Part shown: positions 48,473 through 57,946 of the stretch, in pieces
How positions within the stretch are numbered: the first letter of the stretch is position 1
How the letters are laid out: the number at the start of each line of letters is the position of its first letter
The notes under the pieces: generated by a model
Databases searched by the model: none
What the model was told of the DNA's origin: nothing
The model's input: the letters and a program-made list of their open reading frames with translations, nothing else
Assembly (NCBI GenBank): GCA_011605725.1
Contig: JAAOZP010000017.1
Span: forward strand, 160,001-224,000
Direction: 5' to 3'
Origin: Nitrososphaerota archaeon
GTDB lineage: Archaea > Thermoproteota > EX4484-205 > JAAOZP01
DNA length: 64,000 nucleotides
Program-made: the position numbers and the translations under genes

Positions 48473-49528
48473 ATGGCAGGCAAGCGAATAAGGGTGGCAA
48501 TCATAGGAGTTGGAAACTGCGCTTCCGCAACCGTTCAAGGCATATACTACTATTCTTCAAACCCTGGGGGAGAAGGGTTGTGGCACCCCGTGGTTGGGGG
48601 TTACAGGGTTAGCGACATCCAGATCGTTGCAGCCTTAGACATAGATGGGAGGAAAACCGGTAAAGATGTTTCCGAGGCGATTTTCTCAGAGCCCAATGTT
48701 TTCGAGAAACGCTTAACCATGCCTAAGACCGGGGTCATAGTGGAGAAGGGGCTGCTCGAGGACGAGTTAAACCCTTACCTAGCATCAACCGTTAAACCCG
48801 TGAAACAAGACAGGGAGAAAATCGTCGAATATTTCCGTAAGAACCGTGTCGAAATAGCTGTAAACATGATTTCCAGTGGTCTCGACAAGTCTTCACTCGC
48901 TTATGCTGAGGCTGCGCGTGAGGCTGGGGCAAGCTTCATAAACGCTACTCCGACGAGCATCGCTACAAACCGTCTAATAATTGAAGAATTCGAAAACAAG
49001 GGGCTCATAGTGGTTGGAGACGATCTTATGAGCCAGCTTGGGGGAACAGCTTTACACAGGGGGCTTGTGGCCTTTCTCAAGTCTAGAGGGCTCAAGCCTG
49101 TTAAAAGCTATCAGCTTGACGTTGGAGGCGGGTTGGAGACGTTGAACACGATGCATGAGGACCTTAGGGATTTCAAGAAGCAGGTTAAAACATCCTCCAT
49201 AATTGAAGAGGCTGAGGAGGGCTGGGAGGTTGTTTCCGGAACAACTGATTACGTTGACTTCCTAGGGAACAACAGGGTTACTTATCTCCAGTTTATCGCA
49301 AAAGGCTTCATGGAGGGTGGCTTCACTATAAACGTGAACATGAGGTCTAACGACGGTTTTAACGCTGGAAACATGATACTCGATGTTGTGAGGGCTGTCG
49401 CCAAGGCTATGGATGATGGGCTCAGGGGAAATGTCCGCGAGATCTCTAACTACGGTTTCAAGAAAACGCTGGAGAAGAAAAAGCTTTTCGAAGCCACCGC
49501 CGTATTCCAATCTAAATATTGCGGCTGA
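48473..49528 (+). CDS. Myo-inositol-1-phosphate synthase family protein
   Basis: GVGNCAS..QG, FINATP, VGDD.MSQ.G, YQLDVGG. Confidence 0.85.
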   Translation: MAGKRIRVAIIGVGNCASATVQGIYYYSSNPGGEGLWHPVVGGYRVSDIQIVAALDIDGRKTGKDVSEAIFSEPNVFEKRLTMPKTGVIVEKGLLEDELNPYLASTVKPVKQDREKIVEYFRKNRVEIAVNMISSGLDKSSLAYAEAAREAGASFINATPTSIATNRLIIEEFENKGLIVVGDDLMSQLGGTALHRGLVAFLKSRGLKPVKSYQLDVGGGLETLNTMHEDLRDFKKQVKTSSIIEEAEEGWEVVSGTTDYVDFLGNNRVTYLQFIAKGFMEGGFTINVNMRSNDGFNAGNMILDVVRAVAKAMDDGLRGNVREISNYGFKKTLEKKKLFEATAVFQSKYCG

Positions 49529-49816
49529 CTAATCCTTCTCCCCTATAAGCCTCAGGTCTATAGATTTCTCTCCGAGTCTAAGGATCTCTATTCCAATTAT
49601 TTTCAGGCTTATTTTAAGCCCCTTAGCGCGAATCCTCATTCTCTTCGGTTTTGACGGCGAAACCTCCCTAGCCTCTTTCAGGAAAATGTTGAGCGGTATG
49701 AGCTCACCACCCCATTCCACTGCTTTAGTTGGAGACTTGTCCCCGACTTCCAGGAGCCTGAGCGTCAGCTCAACCTCGTACTCTCCCCCAGCCCATCTTT
49801 TAAACATGCTTTTCAA
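49529..49816 (-). CDS. Hypothetical protein
   Basis: 95-aa ORF coupled to upstream nuclease-like gene. Confidence 0.6.
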   Translation of the reverse strand: MKSMFKRWAGGEYEVELTLRLLEVGDKSPTKAVEWGGELIPLNIFLKEAREVSPSKPKRMRIRAKGLKISLKIIGIEILRLGEKSIDLRLIGEKD

Positions 49817-50285
49817 GTTTAGACAGGCTTATTAAAGCCTCTCGGCTTAAAACCCTATAGCTTAAGCTGTTCCTCCTCATAGTAAGCACTATTCCTCTAA
49901 CAGTTTCTCTTAAGCCCCTGCGGGAAAACAAGAGGTGTGAGAAATCACTGGGCAAGTCGGTTGCACCAAAACCCTTAACCATTTTAACAAGGCCTGAAGA
50001 GGAAAGGATGCGTGTAAGCCTCGACTCCCCGTTTACGAGAGGAGTATAGATCACGCTTACAATCCTGACGCTCCTAAGCCTCGTCAAATAGTCTATGTGC
50101 CACCTCGCCTTCTTATCCCTCCTCAAGTGTCTCAAAACCCTTTTCTCGAAGCCTCCCGGCCCCATTGCAGAACCCACGTAAACATAGCAGCCGCGGGGAA
50201 GCCTGACCCGTGGAAGGGAGCCAGGTTTAAACCAGACGTTTCTCCGAATTGAAATGACGAGAATGTAGGAACCCTTCAAAAACAC
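49800..50285 (-). CDS. DUF123/Uri (GIY-YIG-like) nuclease family protein
   Basis: [36 protein letters not shown]. Confidence 0.85.
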   Translation of the reverse strand: MFLKGSYILVISIRRNVWFKPGSLPRVRLPRGCYVYVGSAMGPGGFEKRVLRHLRRDKKARWHIDYLTRLRSVRIVSVIYTPLVNGESRLTRILSSSGLVKMVKGFGATDLPSDFSHLLFSRRGLRETVRGIVLTMRRNSLSYRVLSREALISLSKLEKHV

Positions 50286-50330
50286 ACACCTGGATCAGAA
50301 TGCTTAAGAAACTCTGGACTACTGAGAAAA

Positions 50331-50846
50331 GTGTTGTTGAACGAGAGGAACGAGCCCCTGCTCGACCCTGAGAGGCTTAGAATGATTGAGGTTGCTTCAA
50401 ACCCGCATAGGATGAGGATAATGATGGAACTGCTTAACAAAGAGGGCACGGCGGCGTCGCTCTCTAAAACCCTTGGGTATTCTAGGCAGCTTGTAGACCA
50501 CCATCTGGAGACTTTGGAGAAAAGCGGGCTCGTGTTTAAAAGGAAGATTGGAAACGTAGAGGTGTATAGTGCTACGGAGAGCGCGAAGACAATAGTTTCG
50601 GAGATACTTAAGATGCACTCTGAAATAGGAAGGGCTGAGAAAGGCGAGACGGCTGTGAAGGCTGAGAAGCATAAAGCAGGTTTAAAACCCATTAGGCTCA
50701 TTCCAATGGCTGTAGGAGCATCCATAGTGCTCGTAGCATCCGCTGAAGCGATCCGCGTAGGAAAATACACTTATATTCTCGGAGGAATATTGCTGGGCAT
50801 TCTTCTCTACTTCGCGTCTTCAAGGCTCATCCGGCTTCTAGAATAG
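50331..50846 (+). CDS. Winged-HTH (ArsR-like) regulator with two C-terminal TM helices
   Basis: [26 protein letters not shown]; hydrophobic C-terminus. Confidence 0.8.
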   Translation: MLLNERNEPLLDPERLRMIEVASNPHRMRIMMELLNKEGTAASLSKTLGYSRQLVDHHLETLEKSGLVFKRKIGNVEVYSATESAKTIVSEILKMHSEIGRAEKGETAVKAEKHKAGLKPIRLIPMAVGASIVLVASAEAIRVGKYTYILGGILLGILLYFASSRLIRLLE

Positions 50847-51621
50847 TGCATTCGAAACCAGCCTCATCCTTAACCATAAGGCTTAAAGCTTCCGGCCGGG
50901 TTAAGTTCCCAATAATCACTCTAACACCTTTTTCAGCAGCATACAGCCCCTCCTCGATCTTCTTGCAGATTCCCCCAGTCACGTCGCCAGGTCTAAGCGA
51001 TGCTGCGAAACCCCGTATCGTTCTCCTATTCAACCGGCGGATTAGGCTTGCATCAGGGTTAAGCCTAGGGTCGCTAGTGAAAACCCCGTCGACATCAGTC
51101 CCGTATATGAGCTTGACGGCGCCTAGTCTAACGGCGAGAAAAGAGGCCAACTGGTCTCCCGAGACTATCGTGAATCTTTTCTCAGAAGAATCCATAGCGA
51201 TATCTCCAGGAATTAACGGTACGAGACCCAGGCTCAGCATCATTCTAAGCGGCCTGGTGAAAAAGCTTTCTATCCTACCTGATGAACAGGTTAAGCAGCT
51301 TACAGGAGTAACCGGTACTGCTGGAACCCCGTGTGAAGCTAGGCTCGCAAGTATCAGCTGAGTCAGCTCGTTCATACTGAGCTTAACCCTTGATAACCCT
51401 ATGAGCTGGTTTGGCTCAAGATAACCCTCGTCAACACGATGCTCGGATGCAACAACATGCCCGTATGAGCCACCGCCGTGAACCAGAATAAAGCTGTAAT
51501 CCCGGAGTAATCCTGAAACCTGTTTTGAAACCTGCTCTATCACAAGAGTGTTAGGTTTGAAAGGCTCATCCTTCCTAGTTACCACGCTTCCCCCTAGCTT
51601 GACAACGATTAGAGGCTTCAT
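50827..51621 (-). CDS. ipk: Isopentenyl phosphate kinase
   Basis: [32 protein letters not shown]; adjacent to prenyl synthase. Confidence 0.9.
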   Translation of the reverse strand: MKPLIVVKLGGSVVTRKDEPFKPNTLVIEQVSKQVSGLLRDYSFILVHGGGSYGHVVASEHRVDEGYLEPNQLIGLSRVKLSMNELTQLILASLASHGVPAVPVTPVSCLTCSSGRIESFFTRPLRMMLSLGLVPLIPGDIAMDSSEKRFTIVSGDQLASFLAVRLGAVKLIYGTDVDGVFTSDPRLNPDASLIRRLNRRTIRGFAASLRPGDVTGGICKKIEEGLYAAEKGVRVIIGNLTRPEALSLMVKDEAGFECTILEAG

Positions 51622-51624
51622 TTT

Positions 51625-52650
51625 TCACTTGTTCCTATAAACCACGTAGTCGGCAAGCTCGAACAGAAGCCTCTTAGCCTCCGAATCCGGAAGCATGCTC
51701 AGCATTGATTTAGCCTTCTCGGAGAAAAGCCAAGCCTCTTTCACAGCATTCTCCTTGACGCCGGTTCGAGCCAGAATGCTTAAAGCCTCCTCCAAATCCT
51801 CCTGAGAAACCTGTTTACCTCTTAAAACACTCAGGAAAAACCTTTTGCTCTCACCATCCATTCTCTCAAGCCCTCTGAGGATCAGCATGTTGCCAAGCTT
51901 ATGCTCCAAAACGTCTTTCCCAACTTGCTTACCCGTTTCAACAGTTGAACCGAACAGGTCTAGAAGGTCGTCGACGATTTGGAAAGATATGCCGAGGTTT
52001 AAGCCGAACCCTCTGAACGCTTCCACAATATTCTCGCTTGCACCAGCCTCCACAGCACCCATCATCGCGCTCGCCTCGTAAAGAGAAGAAGTCTTATGGA
52101 TAATCATATTCAAATAGTCGTCGAAACCAATGTTCATCCTTCTATGTTCAGCAACATAAGGATCGTCTTCCCTACCGACCTGCTCGAAGAGAACGTCCAG
52201 ACGCTCACCTTCAACGAGCCTCATCACATAATAGTCGACGATGGAGAGCAGTCTGACAGCATTCCTAGACTTGAGCAGGAGCTCTGAAACAACCTCCCTA
52301 TAATGGACAGCAGCGAGAAGAGCCATTGTTAAACCATATTTTTTCCAGAGAGTCGGCCTATTTCTCCTAACCTCACCGTGGTCTATGATATCGTCTATTA
52401 TCAGAGTATAGTTGTGAATGAGCTCTACGGCCGCGGCAGCGTTTAAAGCGTTTTCAGAATTCCCGCCGGCTGCTTCACAGGACAGTATTAACACTGCCGG
52501 CCTAATCCTCTTTCCACCTGCCTTCACAGGGTAAAGCAACACTTCTTGAAACTCGGGTGAAGCGTTCTCCGAAAGCGCGTCGTAAATCACTGGTTCAACA
52601 CTCCTAGCTATCTCGTCAAGCGCCTCAGGAAGCCCTTTATCCTTCTTCAA
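51625..52650 (-). CDS. Polyprenyl (likely GGPP) synthase
   Basis: GGKRIRP, DDIID..RR, KT, FQIVDDLLD, GKD. Confidence 0.9.
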   Translation of the reverse strand: MKKDKGLPEALDEIARSVEPVIYDALSENASPEFQEVLLYPVKAGGKRIRPAVLILSCEAAGGNSENALNAAAAVELIHNYTLIIDDIIDHGEVRRNRPTLWKKYGLTMALLAAVHYREVVSELLLKSRNAVRLLSIVDYYVMRLVEGERLDVLFEQVGREDDPYVAEHRRMNIGFDDYLNMIIHKTSSLYEASAMMGAVEAGASENIVEAFRGFGLNLGISFQIVDDLLDLFGSTVETGKQVGKDVLEHKLGNMLILRGLERMDGESKRFFLSVLRGKQVSQEDLEEALSILARTGVKENAVKEAWLFSEKAKSMLSMLPDSEAKRLLFELADYVVYRNK

Positions 52651-52776
52651 CCTGTTAATTCAACACTGAAACATGTTTAAAAACTCTTGGACACGTGCGT
52701 CACCGCCCAAGAATGTTTAAAAATTAGGCGACTAGAATGCTGGAATGGGGTGCTAAAAAATGCGGGTTTCTCGCAG

Positions 52777-54327
52777 CTAGGCTTCAAGCTTCTTAAGCTC
52801 CATGAAATCCTCCTTGAGAGCCCCGTAGAGGCTCTTATAGATTTTATAGAGCTGCCTGTATTTTGAAGCAGCCTCCTGAACAGGCTTAATCGTCTCGCTG
52901 CTCGCCAACCATTCACGTATAACCTCGTAACCCTTAAGGGTCCCTGTTCCCACTCCTGCGAGCAGAGCATCACCGTAGGGTGCGCCTATGCTTGAAGCCA
53001 GATATTCCACATCCCTGTCTAAAACATCCGTTATTATTCTTCTCCAGACTCTCGACCTTGCCCCACCATTGACGAGTATAGCCCTCTTCAGAGGAATCCC
53101 TGTTTCCACGGCTGTTTCAACACAGTATCTTATGGCGTAAGCTATGCCCTCCAGAACAGCCCTATACATGTGAGCCTTAGTATGTTTCAGCGTTAAGCCG
53201 AAGAAAACACCCCTGACATACTCGTCCCACCAGGGCGCTCTTTCGCCGACCATCATGTGTGGAAGGAATATCAGCCCGTCTGAACCGGTTGAGATTTTCT
53301 CAGCCTCCATGTCCAGGATACTGTAGGCGCTTAAGCCAGTCTCTTTCGCAAGCATGTTTTCAACGGCTCCAAGATTGTCCCTGAACCACCTGATCGCATA
53401 GCCAGCAGTTATGATTCCTGCGAAAGAATAGAACTTCCTGTCGTCATACGCAACATGAGAATAGTTTATCAGCTTCGGGGAGAACCTGGGCTCATCCTGG
53501 ATGAAACCGTTGCACACGGATGTGCCAAGCATCATCGCAAGATCCCCGTCTCCAAGAGCCCCGACGCCGAGCGCAGACATCGGCGCGTCTATGCCTCCGG
53601 CGCAGACGGGCGTTCCTTTTGCGAGACCGCTTAGCTCAGCGCCCTCTGAAGAAACCTCGCCGACAACATCCTTAGACATGCTTATCTTCTCCGGGAAAAA
53701 GCTTCTAGGTATGCCCAGGTCGCTCATCAATTCTTCAGCGAACCTTCTCTCCTTAGGGTTGAAAATCCCACCGTAGTTGCCTATTGAAGAATAGTCCACC
53801 GATATTTCTCCAGTAAGCCTGTAAACGCAGTACGCGTTGGGAGTAACCAGCTGGTGGATCCTGCTCCAAACATGCGGCTCATTCCTCTTTATCCAGAGCA
53901 TCTTAGTGTATCCATAGTATGGGTCTATAGTGTTGCAGGTTTCTTTGAAAACTCTCTCCTCCCCTATGTTCTCCCTGACCCATCTACACTCCTCAGTCGC
54001 CCTCCTGTCAGCCCATATTAAGCATGGTCTAAGGGGCTTCATCTCCTTGTCGCAGGGAATACCAGACCCGCCGTAGAGGCTGCTTATGCAGTAGCCAGCT
54101 ATGTCACGCGGATCAATCATCGCCTTCTTTAAAACGTCTTTAATAGTCTGGCATACTGCTTGAAACCATACGTCTGGCCACTGTTCAGCCCAGCCTGTTC
54201 TAAGAGTTATTACGCCGTACTCGGCGGTTGAGCTCGCAACCTCCCTGCCCTCCGCGTCTACAAGAATCGTCTTGGTAGCAGAAGTCCCTATATCCGTACC
54301 GAGAAGGAGTCCTCCCAATCCTGACAC
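52777..54327 (-). CDS. FGGY carbohydrate kinase (xylulokinase-like)
   Basis: DIGTSATK, WAD.RA, GGID, GERAPWWD, GGARS. Confidence 0.9.
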   Translation of the reverse strand: MSGLGGLLLGTDIGTSATKTILVDAEGREVASSTAEYGVITLRTGWAEQWPDVWFQAVCQTIKDVLKKAMIDPRDIAGYCISSLYGGSGIPCDKEMKPLRPCLIWADRRATEECRWVRENIGEERVFKETCNTIDPYYGYTKMLWIKRNEPHVWSRIHQLVTPNAYCVYRLTGEISVDYSSIGNYGGIFNPKERRFAEELMSDLGIPRSFFPEKISMSKDVVGEVSSEGAELSGLAKGTPVCAGGIDAPMSALGVGALGDGDLAMMLGTSVCNGFIQDEPRFSPKLINYSHVAYDDRKFYSFAGIITAGYAIRWFRDNLGAVENMLAKETGLSAYSILDMEAEKISTGSDGLIFLPHMMVGERAPWWDEYVRGVFFGLTLKHTKAHMYRAVLEGIAYAIRYCVETAVETGIPLKRAILVNGGARSRVWRRIITDVLDRDVEYLASSIGAPYGDALLAGVGTGTLKGYEVIREWLASSETIKPVQEAASKYRQLYKIYKSLYGALKEDFMELKKLEA

Positions 54328-54405
54328 CCTGATTAGAACGCGGCAACAATTTTTAAATTTACCGCGTGAAAAAACGCGAAGGGCAAGCGGGACCTTGCTT
54401 CTGCT

Positions 54406-55536
54406 TCAACCCTTAATGATAATTTTCTTCACGAAGTCTATTGTTTCAGCCTGATCTCCTTTTTCCCTAATCTTCTCAAACTCCTCTCTCCTACTGTATA
54501 TCAGCAGAGCTTTCTTCGCAAGGTTTGCGAAAATCTCTTTTGAAAGATACATGGCTTTCACAGGATCCATCCTGTACGTGAACTGATCCTCGCCGAACCA
54601 GCCTTCGTAACCCGTGTCGACCGCAGCATATATGAAGTCAACCATTCTCCAGATGTCACCTGTGCCAGCAATCCTGTCCTCATCATTACTGTGCAGCTTC
54701 GCCGTGTTAATGTGGAAGTTGACCAGCGGCACTCCGAGCTTCTTCAAAGCATACACCGTCGCAGCCGGCTCTACACCATACATCTGCTCATGACCATAAT
54801 CTATGCATACGCCCATGTTCCTCCCCCCACTCCTCTCGTTAACCGTCTTCGCAACTAGTGCTGCCAGATGGGTTGTAGGAATAACCATGTTGCCTTCCCT
54901 GGGCTCATGAAGCTTAGCCTCTATGCCGAACACGAGGCCCGCCTTCTTAGCCTCCCTGTTTATCATTTCACAGCCCTCTATGAAGAGCTCCAGCTGCCTC
55001 CCGTAGTTCACTTCAAAATTATAGTCCCAGCCATCTGAACCGGGCCAAAGCGCGACGCTGCCACACCCGATCTCCCTGGCTATCTCAACAGCCTGAAAAG
55101 CTATTTGAAGAGCATCCTCCCTTATACTCTTAGACGGGTTTGTAATGCCGCCGAGCTTCCACTTAGGGTCTGTCCAAAGATTAATATTCATATTCGTAGG
55201 GGTTAAACCCAGCTTCTCAAGCTCAGCCTTAACCATGCTTATAACACTCTCATCCCTCCTATAGCTTGAATCTATGAAGAGCACGTCGTGGAGCTCAACC
55301 CCCTTTATCCCAGCCTGCTTAACCCTTCTAAGCTGAGAGATAATGTCGCTCTTGAACTCAGGATTGTCACTATTGTACCCTCTGGTGGCAAACCTATCCA
55401 AGAAGTCTCCAGCAGCCCAGTGTCCAGCTGCAAACCTTATTCCAAAGTCTTCGAAAAACCTGTCAACAGCCTCACCCTCGAGATACCCGGCGTACTCAGC
55501 CTCGAGCTTTCTAAACACCTCCCTACTCGTCTTCAT
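54406..55536 (-). CDS. Xylose isomerase-like sugar isomerase (TIM barrel)
   Basis: VELH, W.G.DG.DY, EAK.HEP, D.GHE, NDED, DQF; start re-assigned to ATG 55536. Confidence 0.85.
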   Translation of the reverse strand: MKTSREVFRKLEAEYAGYLEGEAVDRFFEDFGIRFAAGHWAAGDFLDRFATRGYNSDNPEFKSDIISQLRRVKQAGIKGVELHDVLFIDSSYRRDESVISMVKAELEKLGLTPTNMNINLWTDPKWKLGGITNPSKSIREDALQIAFQAVEIAREIGCGSVALWPGSDGWDYNFEVNYGRQLELFIEGCEMINREAKKAGLVFGIEAKLHEPREGNMVIPTTHLAALVAKTVNERSGGRNMGVCIDYGHEQMYGVEPAATVYALKKLGVPLVNFHINTAKLHSNDEDRIAGTGDIWRMVDFIYAAVDTGYEGWFGEDQFTYRMDPVKAMYLSKEIFANLAKKALLIYSRREEFEKIREKGDQAETIDFVKKIIIKG

Positions 55537-55603
55537 TTGACTCGGAAACGTTTGGAAACTAAATAAAGTTTTTCCCCAGCCTTGTGGCTTCACATGCATA
55601 TTT

Positions 55604-55895
55604 TTATGCGAGGGGGAATTCTTCATCACCCTCATAATTAAACAGGTCTACACTATCCTCAAAGGGTTCCTCAACCACCTCCTTGACCGTCGCTTGCTCC
55701 AGATAATTCTTTTTAGTAAAATCGATGAACTCGACTACACGGCCATCCCCACCCTCAACCGGAAACCTACGTAATCCTCCACACTCCTAGCTTGAAACCC
55801 CTTTAACCCGAGGGATTCAGCAGCCTAAGCGGGAAAAGCCTGTAGCCCACATCCTGCACCTTCTCCCCCTTTATCACAACCCTCTTCTTAAGCAA
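55604..55895 (-). pseudogene. Acylphosphatase-family pseudogene with two frameshifts
   Basis: Three frames: MLKKRVVIKGEKVQDVGYRLF / AAESLGLKGFQARSV / VEGGDGRVVEFIDF..ATVKEVVEE. Confidence 0.75.
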
Positions 55896-55955
55896 TCTTT
55901 TTCAAAAGGATTGCATCCAACAGTGTTTTAAGCACATATTTTAATGGAAAGAAAC

Positions 55956-56105
55956 ATAGCGCGCTTACTAGCCTCGAGCCTCCTAAAAACTTCCCTACAC
56001 GTCTCCACTCGTTTTTCGACAAGGCTTAAGCTAAATAGGGTTTCCCCCGACTTATAGTTTCACGCACATCCTCCTTGTCAGCAATCCTCCTTCAGCGCGC
56101 GCTAT
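55956..56105. repeat. 150-bp segment bounded by 9-bp inverted repeats, carrying a diverged copy of the isomerase promoter and first 13 codons
   Basis: ATAGCGCGC (55956-55964) / GCGCGCTAT (56097-56105); 55970-56008 matches 55498-55536 at 32/39 nt. Confidence 0.7.
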
Positions 56106-56338
56106 TAGCAGTAGAATCTCGAATACTGGGTTTGGAGCATCATGGCTTATCGAGAATTGGAGATAAACCCCTCGCGTAGACAGTCTTGAGGTTTAACGGG
56201 CGCTGGGAACTGCTGGACTCTGAATAGGTTTATGAAGCCTGCTGGCGAGATTGCTTCAGCATATTCTCCAGGCTGATGCGCAGGCCTTCCCCATCTTTGC
56301 CTCTACAAGTTTAAAAACCGTTCCCTAAAACCCTTCCC

Positions 56339-56998
56339 ATGCCTGTAAGGGTCAGGGCAGTGCTGTTCGACTTAGACGGGACCCTGGTGGACACCTTTGA
56401 AGCATTCCACATCATGGTTAACGATATTTTAAGAAGGTTCAACAAGCCTGAGAGAAGCTTCAACGAGAACGCTAGGCTTGTGGGAAAAACTTCTAGAGCA
56501 ATAGCTGAAACGATCACTAGGGAAGCAGGGTTAAAAACAAACCTTGAAGAACTCTCTACGATGATGGTTAGAGAATGGATTTACACTTACATGCCTAAGT
56601 ACGGCAGGCTTTACCCTGATGCTCTCGAAACCCTTAGAGAGTTAAGTAGGAGGAGCTATCTGCTTGGAGTGGTTTCTAACACTAGTAGCGAAGAGCTGCC
56701 GAACTACTTGAACACCTTTAAAATAGGATGTTTCTTCAAAGTGACGGTATCTGCAGGAGATGCTGAGAAACCGAAGCCCTCGCCTGAACCGGTTCTGAAA
56801 GCGGTTGGAAAGCTGAACGTGAACCCGGAGGAGACTGTGATGGTTGGAGACAGGCCGGAGGACGTGGAATCAGGAAGGGCTGCAGGCACATATACAGTGG
56901 CGGTGTTAAGAGGCGTTAGGCCGAGGGTTGAACTGGAAGCAGCCAAGCCACACTTCATAGTGGACACGCTATCCGAGATACTTTCAATACTCATGTAG
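56339..56998 (+). CDS. HAD-superfamily phosphatase (phosphoglycolate phosphatase/PpaX-like)
   Basis: FDLDGTLVD, SN, KPSPEP, VGDR..D. Confidence 0.9.
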   Translation: MPVRVRAVLFDLDGTLVDTFEAFHIMVNDILRRFNKPERSFNENARLVGKTSRAIAETITREAGLKTNLEELSTMMVREWIYTYMPKYGRLYPDALETLRELSRRSYLLGVVSNTSSEELPNYLNTFKIGCFFKVTVSAGDAEKPKPSPEPVLKAVGKLNVNPEETVMVGDRPEDVESGRAAGTYTVAVLRGVRPRVELEAAKPHFIVDTLSEILSILM

Positions 56999-57061
56999 CC
57001 TAGCCGGAGGATTAAGCCCGAATAAAACTCGTTTTAGAGCGGATTCCCCTGAAAAATTCGA

Positions 57062-57117
57062 TAGCACGTGTTAAAACATGATGCGTGCTAGAAAGGGTAT
57101 GCTTAAATACCTTTCTA
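57062..57117 (+). promoter_or_regulatory. Two adjacent inverted repeats, the second enclosing a TATA-like box
   Basis: TAGCACG..CGTGCTA (57062-57090); TAGAAAGGGTAT..ATACCTTTCTA (57089-57117) around TTAAATA ~30 nt before ATG 57139. Confidence 0.55.
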
Positions 57118-57138
57118 AAGATTCCTCCTCATAGAGTG

Positions 57139-57849
57139 ATGAACAATTTAAAAAAAGGCTTCCTCGAGCTGCTCGACAAGGATAAGGAGTTTCGCTACAC
57201 TGTGGCAGGCTACTTAGGATTGTCTGAGATTTTGAAGAGGCTGGACAGGCTGGAGGAGGGTCAGAACAAGCTGTGGGAAGGCCAGAACAGGCTTTGGGAG
57301 AACCAGAACAGGCTTTGGGAGGAGGTTAAAGCCCTTAGAGAGGGCCAGGAGAAGCTGTGGGAGGAAGTTAAGAGTTTGAGAGAAGGCCAGAACAGGCTTT
57401 GGGAGAACCAGAACAGGCTTTGGGAGGAGGTTAGGGAACTGCGTGCAACTCAGAACAGGCTTGCAACAACCCTAGACAGGCTAACGATTTCTGTTGAAGA
57501 GGAAGCGTTGGATGTAATTAGGCACAGGCTGAAGAACGAGCTTGGGCTGGACGTAGAGCTGAGAAGAATCTTCGTTGGCGAAAGGGAGATAAACGTTTAC
57601 GGTGTCTCAGCCGACACGTGCGTCATAGGCGAGGCGACGGTGAGGCTTGGAACAGGGCTGATACAGGAGCTTGAGGATAAGATAGAGGCCTTAAAAAGGA
57701 TGAGGCCGGAGTTGATAAAGCCGAGAATAATAAAGGTAATCTACACGGACTATGCTTCCCCAAGCGCGCTTGAACTGGCAAAGAAACAAGACGTATGGGT
57801 CCTAAACTGGAGGAGTGACTTCACACCCAGAAGAATAATTCAAGCCTAA
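57139..57849 (+). CDS. Coiled-coil repeat protein with C-terminal PD-(D/E)XK-like domain (DUF3782/paREP-like)
   Basis: LLDKDKEFRYTVAGYLG N-terminus, QNRLWEE heptads, EINVYG..IGEAT. Confidence 0.75.
   Translation: MNNLKKGFLELLDKDKEFRYTVAGYLGLSEILKRLDRLEEGQNKLWEGQNRLWENQNRLWEEVKALREGQEKLWEEVKSLREGQNRLWENQNRLWEEVRELRATQNRLATTLDRLTISVEEEALDVIRHRLKNELGLDVELRRIFVGEREINVYGVSADTCVIGEATVRLGTGLIQELEDKIEALKRMRPELIKPRIIKVIYTDYASPSALELAKKQDVWVLNWRSDFTPRRIIQA
57262..57460 (+). repeat. Coding 21-bp heptad repeats including an exact 52-bp duplication
   Basis: 57277-57328 = 57382-57433 (105-bp offset, 5 heptads). Confidence 0.85.
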
Positions 57850-57946
57850 AACCTGTAGGAGCTGTTTAAAAGAAAAAGCGTATTAACAGGCTCACCGTAA
57901 GCTCAGCATGTGCAATAACAGGGGGACTGCTGGTTATATGCTGGCA

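Noticed and set aside
57262-57460. Short regular repeats resembling a CRISPR array
   Set aside because: Period is 21 bp, in frame inside a coiled-coil ORF, with no unique spacers and no cas genes.
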